Source: Oopsacas minuta (lineage: Eukaryota > Animalia > Porifera). Taken from it: a stretch of 64,000 nucleotides of DNA. Both the position numbers and the translations under genes were made by a program. The notes under the pieces were generated by a model. The model was not told the DNA's origin and did no database searches. It was given only the letters and a program-made list of their open reading frames with translations. The stretch spans positions 124,001-188,000 of the forward strand of contig JAKMXF010000323.1 in assembly GCA_024704765.1 (NCBI GenBank). The letters run 5' to 3'. Positions 12,509-26,040 of the stretch are shown here, in pieces (positions within the stretch are counted from its first letter, which is position 1; every line of letters begins with the position of its first letter).

Positions 12509-13403
12509 GTAACTAGACAAACGTTCAAATTGTATTTTCTGTTGAGTCATCTGGAGGAATACCTGATTGAAATGAATTGTCTCAAGAATATCAACAGTTG
12601 GAACTGGAATAGTTTTCGGGCACATGTGTAACTATTTATGAAAAATTCAAATATTTCTTAGAGAAATAGTTGTTAACGCCAATTACTATCATTTGTATAT
12701 TGTTAGAATAAGGAAAAATTTGATCTGGTGACTTTAGATTTACAAATACTCAATTTTCTTGATTCAATAATGAAATTCAAATGCAAAATGAATTTGTTGG
12801 CATATTTGATATATAACTTGGTTGCTACAAGAATATATCATGAGTTGAATACATTCTACAATATTTTCCACATTCTTCATGTTTGGAATTTTCAATTAAG
12901 TAGTGACAAATTACTGTTATAATACACAAAATTTGAAATTACAATATATTAACTAGTTCATCACAACACTTAGAACAATGTGTATCAATTTAAAGCCGAG
13001 ACAACTATTTTTCAATATATATAGCTCATATAAACTAAAGACATATTATATCAAAGACGTTTTCCAGGAAAAATACAATTTAAACTTTCCCAAATTATAT
13101 TCAATTGAATGATGACACTAAGTTAATATTTAATGGTATGTAAATATAAGCATATCTTGGAAGGAGAACAAATTCTGAGTAGATGGTATTTATAGGGTCA
13201 ATTAGGGAATAATTTCAATATTATGATGAATCTGTGAATATATGAAATTGTGTCACAAAGTAGTTGATTAATGTTAATCAATAAGAAAGCCAATCGATAT
13301 TTGTCGTAATGTAAGAATATCCCTGTTTGTATCTCATCAATACTTGGTAGAATGTGCAGTTTCGATTCACGATAACACTTAAAACTTACAGTTGGAAATT
13401 TAG

Positions 13404-13506
13404 ATATTGAATCAGTTGAAATGGGTACTACAAATATAAATGCTCCACATTCAGCTGAAGGAAACGTTAGGGTGAAAGCAGTTGCTTATCATAATTACAA
13501 CACCTT
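13404..13506 (+). CDS. candidate internal exon
   Basis: aatttag| ... |gtaagt (consensus donor) with an open frame DIESVEMGTTNINAPHSAEGNVRVKAVAYHNYNTL. Confidence 0.4.
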
Positions 13507-14091
13507 GTAAGTTGAAAACTGAAAATTTACACGAATCCGGAAGATTCACCCATCTACCACATTATAATTCGCAAAAATGACAATTCAATATTTCTAACCT
13601 GTTGATCACTAACTTAAAATCAAACACACGCTGATGGAGGAATTTATCGTCCATGAGATCAAAATGAGAGATTTTTGAGAGATCCATTCTTCAATTATCC
13701 TTCTAATTGTATAACAAATTAAGTACCCATCCAAAAGCATACTCCTTTCGGATATTGACTATCATCAATCATCCCCCTAAGTTATTACCCATGTTCAACT
13801 CAGGGGGTAAATTCCTGTTCAACCTAATGGACCATTTGGATGATATAGCATTTGCTGATTGCTCAGTTATTCATAAATGTGTCTTCGAAACATTTAAAGA
13901 TTATTTGTCCTGCGAGGCAAGCAAACAGGATAATGAGAAATCTATGCAAGTACTTAGATAAGCTGGTTGGAGAATATCATTTCCTTGTGACTTGCAAGTT
14001 CGACATGCAATGGGACAAAGCTACCAGATCAACAGGGTACATAGAATCAAGTAATACACAGGTAGGTATTGAAGATAGTAGTTAGAGATTA

Positions 14092-14560
14092 ATGTCAAGT
14101 TATTTAAATAAACTTCTGAGTCTTGATATAACATGTGTAATGTGTAACGGCACTCATTTAACTGTACCCGTGCAATCAAATAGGCTCAGTGATGAAGAAG
14201 TTGCAACAGGTGTGTGCAAGTGTAAGCGTGTAATTATTCTACGCATTCCAATGCCCCCTATCGATACAGACTTTTCGTTCATACGTCGGAAGCGTTAGTT
14301 TCCAATTCCTCCCACGTTTTGTATAAGGATTAAAAAGGGACAAGGACAAAATATGAAGAATGTTGGTCTGTTTCTCCTAATTACCCAATCCATCCTCAAT
14401 CATCGAAAACTATATGTTGCATTTAGTGGAGTCAAACATTCTACCCGCTTAAAAGTCATGATTAGTGGAGGTTGGTCCTCTACATCCGGCGGACTATGGG
14501 TGGTTTACCGTGACTTATTTCAGAATCATGTGGAGTATATTTTACTCCCTTGCAGTAAGG
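14092..14560 (+). mobile_element. Helitron helicase C-terminal fragment
   Basis: ILRIPMPP..FIRRKR*FPI, KKGQGQNMKNVGL, HRKLYVAFSGV and VVYRDLFQNH. The tail resembles the 6680 fragment. Confidence 0.75.
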
Positions 14561-15728
14561 AATCCGTAATGGATGTCATTTCCTCCCTCCGGAAAGTAAG
14601 AGCTTGAGTTTAACCGTAATTCGATGAAAAGGCAGAGAAGTGAATGATATTGAACAACCCACCAAGCAACATAAGTTTATTGAATTTTGATAGTGAACAC
14701 GACACTATATGGGTTTAAACTCACAGAAGCTTAAATGATATAAATACCTGTGGTAGACTTGGATAAAAACATTACGAATCCAATCAGTCTGACAGAAATT
14801 TATTGATTGGTACATAGATAACTTCACCATTGGTATTCGAGTTAGGATTGCAAGTAGCCTTGGTTTGGATACTGTCCCAATTTACTCCCACATGTGCCAC
14901 AAATATTCAAGTATTTGAATATTAGTGCCATATGTGGCAGAAGTGGTACATCACTAGAATATAGGCATCAGAATGGAATACAGAATGAAATCATTTGAGA
15001 TTCTCTAAACTGATTTACAAATATATATATAGTTGGAAATAAATCGACAATTGCACTTTCATTAACATACAAAGTGGCGGCACTTAATGTATATGTGGCA
15101 CAAATATGAAAATGATGATTATTCAATACGACTTAAAATTTTAAATTTTATTACTATGGGTAAACAGACGTAGAATTCAAAAGACTATCAGAAAATTGTT
15201 CTTTCATATGTGCTTTGTGAGATTTGTAATTGAAAATTATTTACTTAGCTCATCATCTAATAATAAGCAAAGTTTGCCTAGAAAGATTGAATATAAGCTT
15301 CCAGTAATTAAATAGGCAGCATAATGTTAACTAACACAGGCACAGAGTTTTCCAGGAATATTACAGGGTGGATATTCAAAAATTCGTCGTATGTCCAGTA
15401 GAAGTGCGACACTTATATACAGAGACTTTGTGTAATTAGACATTAGTATACGAATTTCTGTATAAATCTTGGAAATCAGTCTAAGGTTACAGCTGGCTTG
15501 AATTCAGGGAACTGCTGTGCTTCTAAACATATATAATGAACAACCATTATCTCGAACCCAAAGAGGAACTCAATTCTGTTCGAGATAATGAATGTTCGAG
15601 TAAAGGGATTCGAGATAGACAAATATATTCTATTTTAAGTAAAATATGCTACTATTTTTAAAGATAAATTACAAAAGACGAAAGTAATAATTTAAGCTTA
15701 AGCCTAAATGAAGAAGATTCCAAATCTA

Positions 15729-17036
15729 CAGGGTGGCTCCAAAGTTCTGATACAAAATCATGATTAATATACAACCATTATCAGGAAATATTCTCAATGG
15801 TTTGCTCTTCCATGACATACCTTATACGCTTCCTAACAAATATTATTTCAATTTGGTGTATTCTATTTCGAAAAAAATTGTGATTGACCATGGAATCTGA
15901 GAGGTCAGCAATTATTGAGTTGCATATGGCGGGGGAAAGTCCATCAGAAATTTTGAAACTGCTGAATATTGCAAAAGGACGTAGGGCATTTATCTACAGG
16001 ACGTTAAATCGATATAAGGAAACTGGGGACACTGTAGACAAGCCGAGATCTGGTCGTCCATGCTCTGTAACGACCTCAGCTCTCAAGAAAGTGGTGCGAG
16101 AACGGATTCGGCGGAACCCACACCGTTCGATGAGGAAAATGGCCTTGGAGCTCAATATATCTCGCCGAGCAATACAAAAGGTTGTCAAAAGGGACCTAGG
16201 AATGCGCTCTTTTAAACGCAAAAAGGTACAATTCCTATCTGGGTCGGTGAAAGAAAAGAGAGTGTCCCGAGCAAGAGTTTACTTGCTCTACATGCTATTG
16301 GGGTTCTCGAAAATATCCTTTTCTCAGTTGAGAATTTTTCACCATTGAAGAGGCTACAAATAGCATAAACGACAGAGTCATCTCGACCTCAGTTTCAGCG
16401 ATCCCTGATAAGTTCAGATATATGTCGGATGGAGAAACCGCTGTCGGTGATGGTTTGGACTGGAGTCTCTGCTGTTGGCCAGACACCACTGATTTTCATC
16501 CCCCCAGGAGTGAAAATCAATGCCAAAACATACCAAGAGCTTGTATTAGAGCCTGTGGTAAAATATCTGAGCCAGACCATGTTTTCTGGACAGCAATTTG
16601 TCTTCCAACAAGATGGTGCTCCCGCCCATACGGCCAATACGACCTAAGATTGGCTGAAGCACAATATTCCCAATTTTATACATAAGGATGAATGGCCACC
16701 ATACAGTCCCGATTTAAACCCCATGGACTATTCTGTATGGTCTATCTTAGAAAACAAGACTTGTTCTGTGTCACACAAGACAGTTAGCTCTCTAAAGATT
16801 TCCTTGTGTCGAGAATGGGAGAAGATACCCCAAGAAACTCTGCGTGCCGCAGTAGAGGGATTCCCGAACAGACTCAGGGCTGTCATTTCCAAAAAGGGTG
16901 GTTATATTGAATAAATGACTAGGCAATCTCTTCCTAATAGTATGTATTAATTATATATAGAGAATCAATAATGTAGGTCATGCTGAATAAATATTATAGA
17001 CAAAATGGTTTGTATCAGAACCTTGGAGCCACCCTG
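15729..17036 (+). mobile_element. maT (DD37D) transposon, full-length, inactivated (1308 bp)
   Basis: 28-bp TIRs cagggtggctccaaagttctgatacaaa (1 mismatch) with TA duplication. QDGAPAH to SPDLNPMDY spacing is 37 residues. One frameshift near 16300 and an in-frame stop at about 16647. Confidence 0.95.
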
Positions 17037-17813
17037 TACTAAAGTTTCCAGGTATGATAAAATTAATTTTACAATTAATTCAATCAATTTTAAGGGTTCG
17101 TCTAACGAGCGATGATTGTTCCGATCGAAGAAAATTAATAAGTATCGAAATAGTATATACAACATCTAAAGGTCGCTTTTCAAAAAATCCTGGAAATCAC
17201 ATCTCCAATTCAACAAATGTAAATATGGTGCTCATGGTTCAATGAAATTGATAATATGACCATGAATCGAGCTTATGAGGCAACTCTCCTCTATTGATGT
17301 TCCACACTTCAGCACTGCGACGGACAAAGGGTAAGGTGTTAGTTTTATTTTCATGCTGCAGGTTTTCTGAGAATCAGAAACACTTCATCAAAAGAGAGAG
17401 GCGAACTCAAGTAATACTCCCGATGATGTATTTGTAAGTAAAAATAAAATTCTTTATGTTTCTACTAAGAAAGTCTCATGGTCGATGGACGATGCGTGTA
17501 TTATCTGGACGAGATCAGTCCATTTGTTTTCAAATAATGTATATCGATAAATACTCCATTTGATTACAGAATGAATGAATTAGAGTTTTAAAATAAAGAA
17601 TAAGGCTGTAGGCCCGAGCACGGATACGGAAATGTTCGCACCTGCGGAGCGGGAAGCAAGCGTAGCGTTCTCGTGGAACTCTTACGTATAGGCTATTCTG
17701 ACACAAACCTTAAACAGTATTCATAATTAAACAGTTATGCTAGTATCTTACCAAACACACAGTTCAAAATACTTTACTTAGAAACATATTTTGATGATGG
17801 ACTAAGTACATAC

Positions 17814-18055
17814 CCATTAAGGGAACCTTTTTCTAAAGAAGAATAGATCTGAGTAGCTTGTAGTGGTTGGTGAAAAGGCTCATTGACATCTCGACTAACA
17901 GTCTGTTCTGGGAGAATAGGAGTAAAGATATTAGTGGGATCAGGTAGAGAAATATCACAAATAGAATTATTAGAAATTGAAGCCGAAAACATGGAATTAG
18001 AATGTGTCCGATTAGAACTAAGATTTTCTCCACCTTGTAGAGGATCAAAGAATCC
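17814..18055 (-). CDS. MLXIP: probable Mondo/ChREBP exon (S/P-rich middle region)
   Basis: aatttag|GGA acceptor is phase 0, matching the previous exon, and the donor is gg|gtatgt. Open frame GFFDPLQGGENLSSNRTHSNSMFSASISNN..SLNG, whose S/P/N-rich composition fits the region after MCR5. No strong motif, so the assignment is by position and phase. Confidence 0.55.
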
Positions 18056-18549
18056 CTAAATTGTTAAATAGATAAATTCAAACAATTAATTTTAAATGTA
18101 TATATGTAGAAGAAGCGTTGCCAGCCAATAGGAGATATATATTGGCTCAAACCATTGCCAATATTTATATATACATCCATTATGTCGTGTGAGAAATGCA
18201 GTACTTACAGCACCGGAAATACATAGTGGCTCAGTATTTGTAGTGCAGAAGCAGTCTTGCCAAATCACTCACTTTTTGAGCTAACTTCCCACACTTTCAA
18301 TAATATTAAAAAATCAGGTAATATTTCGAATATACTCTGTTCCCCGCATTCGACACCATATCTGAGAGGTTAGAGAGTCATTATCTGAAATGTTCATAGA
18401 ATTATCCCATTATACGCAAGTACCAAGAAATAAGTTTAAGCTCTTAATCAATTCCGGATAAAAATCAATAAGTTTATATATACAAGCAAATATTACTGTG
18501 GACAGCTAAATGTATCAGGCTTATTAAGCATTAAGCAACTGGAGATTGC

Positions 18550-19380
18550 AGTTAAGCCGTTTTACCCTGCGGATGCAGAAATTACTAATGGACAAAAGGG
18601 ATAAATAAAATTAATAGCACGATGATAATTGAACAAAATTTTTCTATCCTAATGATATTTGATACTGGAAAATTTTCGAATGGCTTATGGCATAATTATG
18701 TAAATAAGCAACCTGCCGAATTGACACCTTTGGTAACCATGATTTCCAGCCAGGAGAAATAATGATGATATTGTATAAGATTTCAGGCAAAAGGTTTTTT
18801 TGCAGCTTAAATGCGGTACACTTGATACATCCGGTATATGTATAGCGCGGTTTTAATGATACATTAATCCGATGCGCATGTAAAATGCAGCATCGGAATA
18901 TAGAATATTTCAATGTTTGACAGAAATTTACAGTATACGAGCTTTTGGCTCGTCGCATCGCGACGAACTCGACGCATTGCGCCTCAAGGTATTCAACGAA
19001 CAAACAAACAGACATACAACAATTGAGATGTAATGAAATTGATGTTGTTTACGACACCATATTCAGAGTTAGTATACTCAACTACCCCAGGATAGTCGTT
19101 GAAAGTATGTTTCTACCTCAATTTTGAAATTTGATTACGTTATATTCATAAAACAACAAAAAATTTACAAATGATTACTCAAATAGTGTGAAAATCAGAT
19201 TCAGCATTTTGGATATATTCGGTGAAGTTTTGCTGAATTCCTTTACTTCCTTGATACACATGATAAATACATAGTTATACGCAAATTTCAAAATTGCATA
19301 CCGTTATTCCTTTCCTTGACAATGGACAAAGAAGCAAACAGACAAACGCACAGACAACAATTGTGATTTAATAATATACA
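18550..19380 (-). mobile_element. non-autonomous Helitron-like element(s), degenerate
   Basis: Two related (acaa)n-acagac-acaacaattg segments (about 19000-19040 and 19330-19380) resemble 5' ends of non-autonomous Helitrons on the minus strand. Perfect hairpin tcgtcgc-atc-gcgacga at about 18950. Confidence 0.4.
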
Positions 19381-21377
19381 TATTCTTTATTACAAAGTTC
19401 CAGATTTAAACTGACATAACTGGTCCAAATAATATTTAGGTATCAAAATGATGAATATCTTCAGAGAAATCCTGAATATTTTCAACAATGGTTTCGAATT
19501 CTGAAAAGGGAGAAAAATTAACACTACATATGTTATTGAGAATCCCTCAACATTTCGACATCTTAGCTCTCTTTGGTTCTCTAAACAGAGGAGCTATTTG
19601 AGAAAGACCAAGAATATCTTTCGATCTTGAGCGTTACGTGTAGCCCAAAGAAATTAGACTAGTAAAACAGAAAATTGTACCTAGACCATGCTTTTACAAA
19701 TAATCCGAAAAGGCACTTATACTGCAAATGTATATGATTGTTTTTCTTGATCAAGAAGATCATATCTTTAGCTAATATAATAGGACATTTTGACGAAAAT
19801 ATGAGTTTTCTTGTAACTCGCAGGATTAACTGTTTCTCCAGCCAATATACGTGCTACACTTTGAAAATACAATCACAAGTAATAGCCAATATGTTAAATG
19901 TTTCAACCATATGATTTTGACCAATATACAACCTGATCACTTAAGCATAATCCCATTAATCATTGATTACAAAAAATGAATACATACAACTCATATATAT
20001 TTGCCCATGGTAAATTTGTCCAGGATTGAGGAAGTGTAAGAGAAAGAGACTTGAAATTTGGCATGTGAATGGAAATGAAAACTCAGGGAGAAATTTCTAA
20101 GATCTAAGCGAAATCGCAAAACTCCCTTAGATAGGTATCAAAATGTATGCCTACCATAGTCGAGGGGTATAAATTGTGGTAACTACTCTATTAGCAGAGT
20201 TCAATTAAGGGAAAAGTATTAATCAATATTTCCCAATGTGCAAAAAAGATTCAAATGCCAATTATGCAATAATTAGCATTTACTTTGTATAACTGACTGA
20301 TATATTTTCAAATGAATAAATTGTTGTAACCATCAGGTATAAATATAGAGAAATACTTTTTAGCAATAATTAATAACTGAATATAAAACACAAACTAATC
20401 ATTTTATTTCATTAACATTCTTAGCAACGCAAAAATGCACTAAGGTGTGGTGCAAAAAATACAAGTACTATATTGAACATTATCACAAATTGTACTTCAT
20501 AGAGTAGTTAATGAATATTGCGGGATCTACAGACCATGTGAGAGCTATCCGAATTTCAGAATAGTTACAATGCTTGATATGCATGTATATAACCAATAGT
20601 TCATCATTAAATATGCAAGATATACCCAAAGGGTGCCACCTGGGGAGACGAATTGTTCGAGTGGAATATCAAGACATGATACCATAATACTTAGCTTGGA
20701 AAACAAAGGAAATAATTTGTCCATTAACATTCCCCTATATACAAATTTGTAATATTTCAAGCACATAGTGCCGAGTACATCCAACAATTTAGGAGATAAG
20801 GCACAAAATACAATTAGCATTCATATATTAGCTAAAATGAGAGACGAAGTGTTGAGCATAAGGCAGTAGAGAGTACCGGCCAGGGTCACAGTTTTCAAAT
20901 CCAATAATTTGTACAAGACTTCAGCCAGCGAGAAAGCAAGCTCCCCACAAGGGCATAACTGTAGGCTGTCAGGTGGGCATTGGTACCCCAATTGTTAAAA
21001 TGATAAATCTTATAGTTAACCCACCAAGTGCAGTATTACTCCAATATTGTATCGAGATCCCAATCGCCATTTGAATCCATATAAATGTTATTTCGAATTA
21101 CCTTCTCGTGTGTTTTCCTCAAACTTTTCTAGGCTTAGAATTTTCGTTCGCTCATAAATCTTGCTGGTAATTTTGAAGTAAACATTAAAATACCGAAATG
21201 CAGCCCTTATTGAAAGATCCAATTGTCCCCTCCCACATAATGTGATTCTCACTCTCCCAATATCATATCTTGTTACTCTTCTGGTGCATTAAATTCAGCC
21301 CTAAGGTTATAGTTTTCCTCAACGAATTCCGATCATACAAACATATGCACACATATACAGAATAAGACATGATTAAC

Positions 21378-21684
21378 CTGGTAATAAGGATTCAAATGAT
21401 CTAGAGCTGGTTGTAGTTTCTGGTGCCCCAAATACGGTAATGTATAATCCTGAGGTAAGAATTCTGGGTCGGAGAATTGGGATGAAGAATAGCTATGCAA
21501 TGTATTGGAAGTAAACAGAGTATCGTGCATATCTAACATCACCAAATCATCGATCTCATTCTGGGTAAAGATTGGAAAGTCTGGATCATTCGAAGTGTTT
21601 TCGAACAAAGAATTTGATTCTGAATTATGGTGAGAAACATCAGCATAGCACCCAACATTTGAGTTTTGAGGTAAGGTTCGAGAT
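21378..21684 (-). CDS. MLXIP: Mondo/ChREBP exon carrying MCR6- and MCR5-like motifs
   Basis: atcgtag|a tct (phase 2) joins the upstream exon ending aaa ag, and the donor is cag|gttaat. The frame contains LDMHDTLFTS and YLGHQKLQPALDH (compare ChREBP SDISDTLFT and YVGNADMIQPDLTPLQPSLDD). The spacing from the MCR4 end to DTLFT is about 57 aa, close to the roughly 55 aa I recall for vertebrate ChREBP. Confidence 0.8.
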
Positions 21685-21724
21685 CTACGATAGGGTAATG
21701 AATAAATAAAAGTGAGAGAAAATA

Positions 21725-21830
21725 CAGTCCAACCACTAAGACCTGGGCAGTCTCGTCCGGAGGGGCCCGAAAATAGAATTTGCCCGAGACTCAGAAATAT
21801 CATTAACTCCATGGTAGATCCGATAAACAA
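21725..21830. mobile_element. partial pogo-type MITE related to 39001-39308
   Basis: Starts ta|cagtccaaccactaagacctgggcag and shares agaatttgcccg..ctc.gaaatatcattaactc.atggtag with the 39001 element. Confidence 0.6.
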
Positions 21831-23739
21831 TATGAATATCAAGATGCATTAGAGTTTACGGAACAAGAAGTATCAACGGCTGGCATACTTACCAACCCTT
21901 TTATAAATATCCCGAACATTAAATCCCAAATCTCTTGATCCATAATATTTTTCCTGAAATTACATGCTATTCCTAATCGAACCAATAATATCAAGAAATA
22001 TAGCAAAATGAAGATTTCCCTTCGATTTCAATTTCCCCTTGGTAGTTTGTGAAGTCCATGGATATTACAAGGACCCTGGGAGGCCTGGAGAGTATGGGTT
22101 CGTAGGATGGTTTTAAAGAAAGGTGCTAGACATGAAGTACACCTCCATTTAAGTAAACAAATTGTAGAGCTAAATGAATTTGATACATTGGAAAATGGTT
22201 CCGGATTAGGGAGGTAGCGGTACTTGCAAGTGCGGATCTAGAAGGTTCGAATATACTTTTTTGATTTTATTTCACAAAAAGGCGTAGATAGGGTTTGCTG
22301 GCAACACCGAGGGTACTGTCGGCAACCTCAGTTGTAACAAATAGATTTTTGGTGATAGATGAAATTTTGATAGAATTGGAGTATCCAGCAACCCCAGAGT
22401 TATTTTCAACATATCCTGAGGCAAATCCAAAGAGAAAAGATATTACGCCTCTATATCATATTCATCCAAAAATTTCAATTATGACTGAATTAAAATACGA
22501 TTATTGAGAACTCTCAATGACACCAAAAAAATTAAGGTATATCCCAGAAATTTTAGAATTTAGCAACCAGTAATTTACAAAGATTTCAACTGTTATAGCA
22601 ATAGATTTGCTCAAAAATATTTTAAATATATACCTATATTCAATTTTGTAAATTTTAGCTAGGAAAGATAACTGGAAACTATATAATTAGTATGCTACTT
22701 TAGTATGAAAGTTTGCCTACCATTATATCCAAGAATATGAATGAAGCCAATTAAAAATAATTATGAGAAATCAATACTATTAAAACGGAATTAATCAATC
22801 TATAAGTATAGATATGTGTGTATGTATGCACTATCTGAGCATAATTATTTCAACACATCCAAATGTACAGTTACATATCCAAGCTATACGGCAAATATTT
22901 GAAAATCAATACTAAATATAACTGAAAGGCTATATAACTATAATAGTTAACATCATTCTGACCAAATCAACTTTGTTCATTAAATACGTAATGTTCAAAG
23001 TACATATTCAATACATAATTGCAAAACTCAAACGAAATGGAAGAATTCTCATAGCATAATAATTAAATTCTACGGATCTTTATTACGTCAGTATGAATAT
23101 TTCGTAAGATCGACGGGGAAAACTTATTAACTTATTGCATTTTCATATTGTGCAACTTATGGTACAAGTTGCGCATTTCATATATGATTGCACAACATCG
23201 TAAGTGAATACAAATGTTGCGTTAATCGACTTATTCACAATATACAAATATTTCCAAGTCAGTTTAGAGAATCTCAGATGATTTATACTGTATTCGATTC
23301 TGGCACTAATATTCTAGAGATGTTCCATTTCTGCCACATGCGGTACAAATATTAGAATGGCAATAATTCAACGAAATATGCCCTACATAATTCGAAATAT
23401 ATCAAATGGGGTCAAAGATGCTATCAAAATTGTTCTATCTCAATTGAGTTTAGTGCAATTAGGAACTGAATATTAAATGAGTTCATTATCTATTTAATAC
23501 AACGTGTGGACATGAATGTCAAATTCTAAAGATATTCAGAAATATAGTCAAGATAATCTTAAATAACAGTCAATTAGTATTTTCTGGAATATTTAGTAGG
23601 GCTATTCAAAAATTCACCGATTGGGCAAGATACAGTCTGTTACGTACATATATATTTAGAATTGTTACTTAAGCCAAAATTATTAGAGTTACAGTATACA
23701 TTGCCATATATGTCCAAAATTGGGGGTGAAGTAATAGAT

Positions 23740-26040
23740 CTTAATAATTAATAGGATACCCGTTGCCCTCTACTACTAGTTGGCATCTTCTGGGCATTGA
23801 TTCCCAGTAGGTTTGAGAAGATCTGGTTGAATAGGATTCCAGACTGCTTCTAAATTGAGTTTCAGTTCTGGAATTGTCCTTGGGCCTAACTTAAGTATCT
23901 CTCGCTTCACCCATGTCAAAAATTTTCAATGGGGTTAAGATCTGGACTCTGTGAAGGCCATGGAATCTGATTTGGTACATTTTGTGCCAACCCGGTGCGG
24001 ACCTTTTGCGAGGTGTGTTTTGGATCATTATCCATCCCATCACCAATCGCCAGTGGCTGGCATGATATACCTGTGCCTGAGTTATCAGCTATCCTTTCAT
24101 TACAGGGTTAGGCATAAGCCCCTGCAACAAGTAGAAAGTAGTATACTTCTTATCTTACCATAATAGTAGTTCAAATTCTTAATGAATATGTGGTATACAT
24201 ACTAAGGATACGAAATTAATAGAGCTCTTCGAATGTATTGCCCTTTGCTGCGGTACATAGGCTCAATCGTTTATAGAAATTATCGACACCAGCACGCAAC
24301 AAGTCCCCACTGAGTAAATCCCACTCTCTTCTCAAGGAAGACTTCAGACTTTCGACTTCTTGTGAGGCTTTGCACATAGCTTGGACTCTAAGATGGACCA
24401 TGTATAGAAACCCATAGGGTTTAGATCTGGAGAAGAGGCCAGCCATTCTACAGTAGATATAAATTCTGGTACATTGGGTTTCGACCACTCAGATGTCATT
24501 TTGGCATTGTGAGAGGGAGCGAATCTTACTAGAACACTCAATGCGCGCTAATGAAGTGCTCACCAACCCAAGGCTTCAATGCGTTCTCTAAAATGCACTC
24601 TATATACACCTCCTTGTTAATTTTCACCCATTTGTCAATGAACACCAGAGTTGTCCGACCATCAGAGGTAATGGCTCTTCAAACCATGACCGCTGCAAGC
24701 TACGAGTTCTTTTGATTGTGCATATTGGTGACGACATAGACTTTGATCTGGAGCAAGAATTCCACTGTTTTGGCGATTATATGGGATTTTACAGTAAATT
24801 CTTCTCATTGGAGAAGAAAATACTCTGGCCCTTGCCACCAGTAAACCTTTTCCCCAGAATCAGACATTTTTCAAACCTACGCCTCTTATACACCTCAAAA
24901 AGTAACTGCACCTCTCGAAATTTGTATTATTTTAAGCTTAAATCCTCTTTTACTATCCTCCCCATACTTCTGGTTAAAATATTGAAGTCTTTAGCCATGC
25001 CTTGGATGCTTCGGACAGGATTCTTCCTGACCCTCTCTTGGACGACCTTTCTAACAGCGGGAGCACGAACAGAACGAGGTCTACCTTTTCTGAACCTGTC
25101 CTGGACACTGCCAGTCTCTTTCTAACGTTTGATTGTACGTTAGACAATCCATCAGTTTATGGACGGTATTATTGATACTACGGAAGCTGACTTGCCTTCA
25201 TTATGATAAAAGATTATTAATGACCGTTTGCTTCTTTGTCTATAAACAAACAAAATTTTTCTAGTAGGACTCATTATTCAAGATATGTGTAAAAAGATTA
25301 TCGAGATAATAAATGACATATAAATATTCACCTAGAATCATTCGCAGAACCTCTAGCTTCATTGAAATTTTGTTGCAGAACTTATGCCTACCCCTGTATA
25401 TCTAGAAACATTTCACTGTTCATATTGTTAGTGAAACGCACAATGGAAATATTACCCATAGATGAGAATGCATGCCACACGTGTATCTTTGGGACATGCT
25501 TCTTTGTTGGGGCGATGCTATTTTGTTGGATTTTGTCCACATCCTTAATCTTTCCCTTGAGAGCCAGATTGGCATCTCGTCAAGAAATATTGTTTGGGTC
25601 CATTGTTTCTTCGGGTATTTGTACATTTTTGCCCATACTATCCTGTACAGCGGTTTTTTTCACCCAGCATATGGATTTGAACAGGGTAAGGTTTATTGTG
25701 AGATTGGTCCTTAAACACTCTCTGGACAATATGATAAGAAGCCTTATTACCTGTACGACTTGCTAATGTTCGCAAAGAGAGGTATGGTTTGCATTGTACC
25801 TGGTGAAGAATCAACAATTTGGTGGGAGATCGCAAGTTATTGGGTATCCCTGCGCCCTTTTGGTGAGATAGCGGTACACCTTCATCTAATCGGCGTTTAA
25901 CATTGTAAACTGTAGCTAAGGAAATTCCACAATTAACAGAGATTTCCTTGGGCAAAAGCTTTCCGAATTGTAGAAGTGTATTCACAATTTCCCTCTTCTG
26001 ATATTGAGTCGTTTTCAGAGCTAATTGTCAAGCAGGGAAA
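23740..26040 (-). mobile_element. degenerate Tc1 (DD34E-type) element split by the maT at 24103-25396
   Basis: N-terminal HTH ORF 25638-25985, WTQTIFLDE in 25420-25626, and a C-terminal part WVKREILKLGPRTIPELKLNLEAVW below 24100. The frame EMFLDI|MKG rejoins across the insert. TIRs not identified. Confidence 0.8.
24103..25396 (-). mobile_element. maT (DD37D-family) transposon, full-length, degenerate (1294 bp)
   Basis: TIRs cagggttaggcataagcccctgcaacaa / ttgttgcagaacttatgcctacccctg with TA duplication. Alignable along its length to the 51529-52827 copy. Confidence 0.92.

Noticed and set aside
17440-17570. Minus-strand KWSIYRYTLFENKWTDLV.. resembling the Mondo C-terminal WMC domain
   Set aside because: The similarity is weak, and there is no room for the bHLH-Zip that must precede it between 17814 and 17570.
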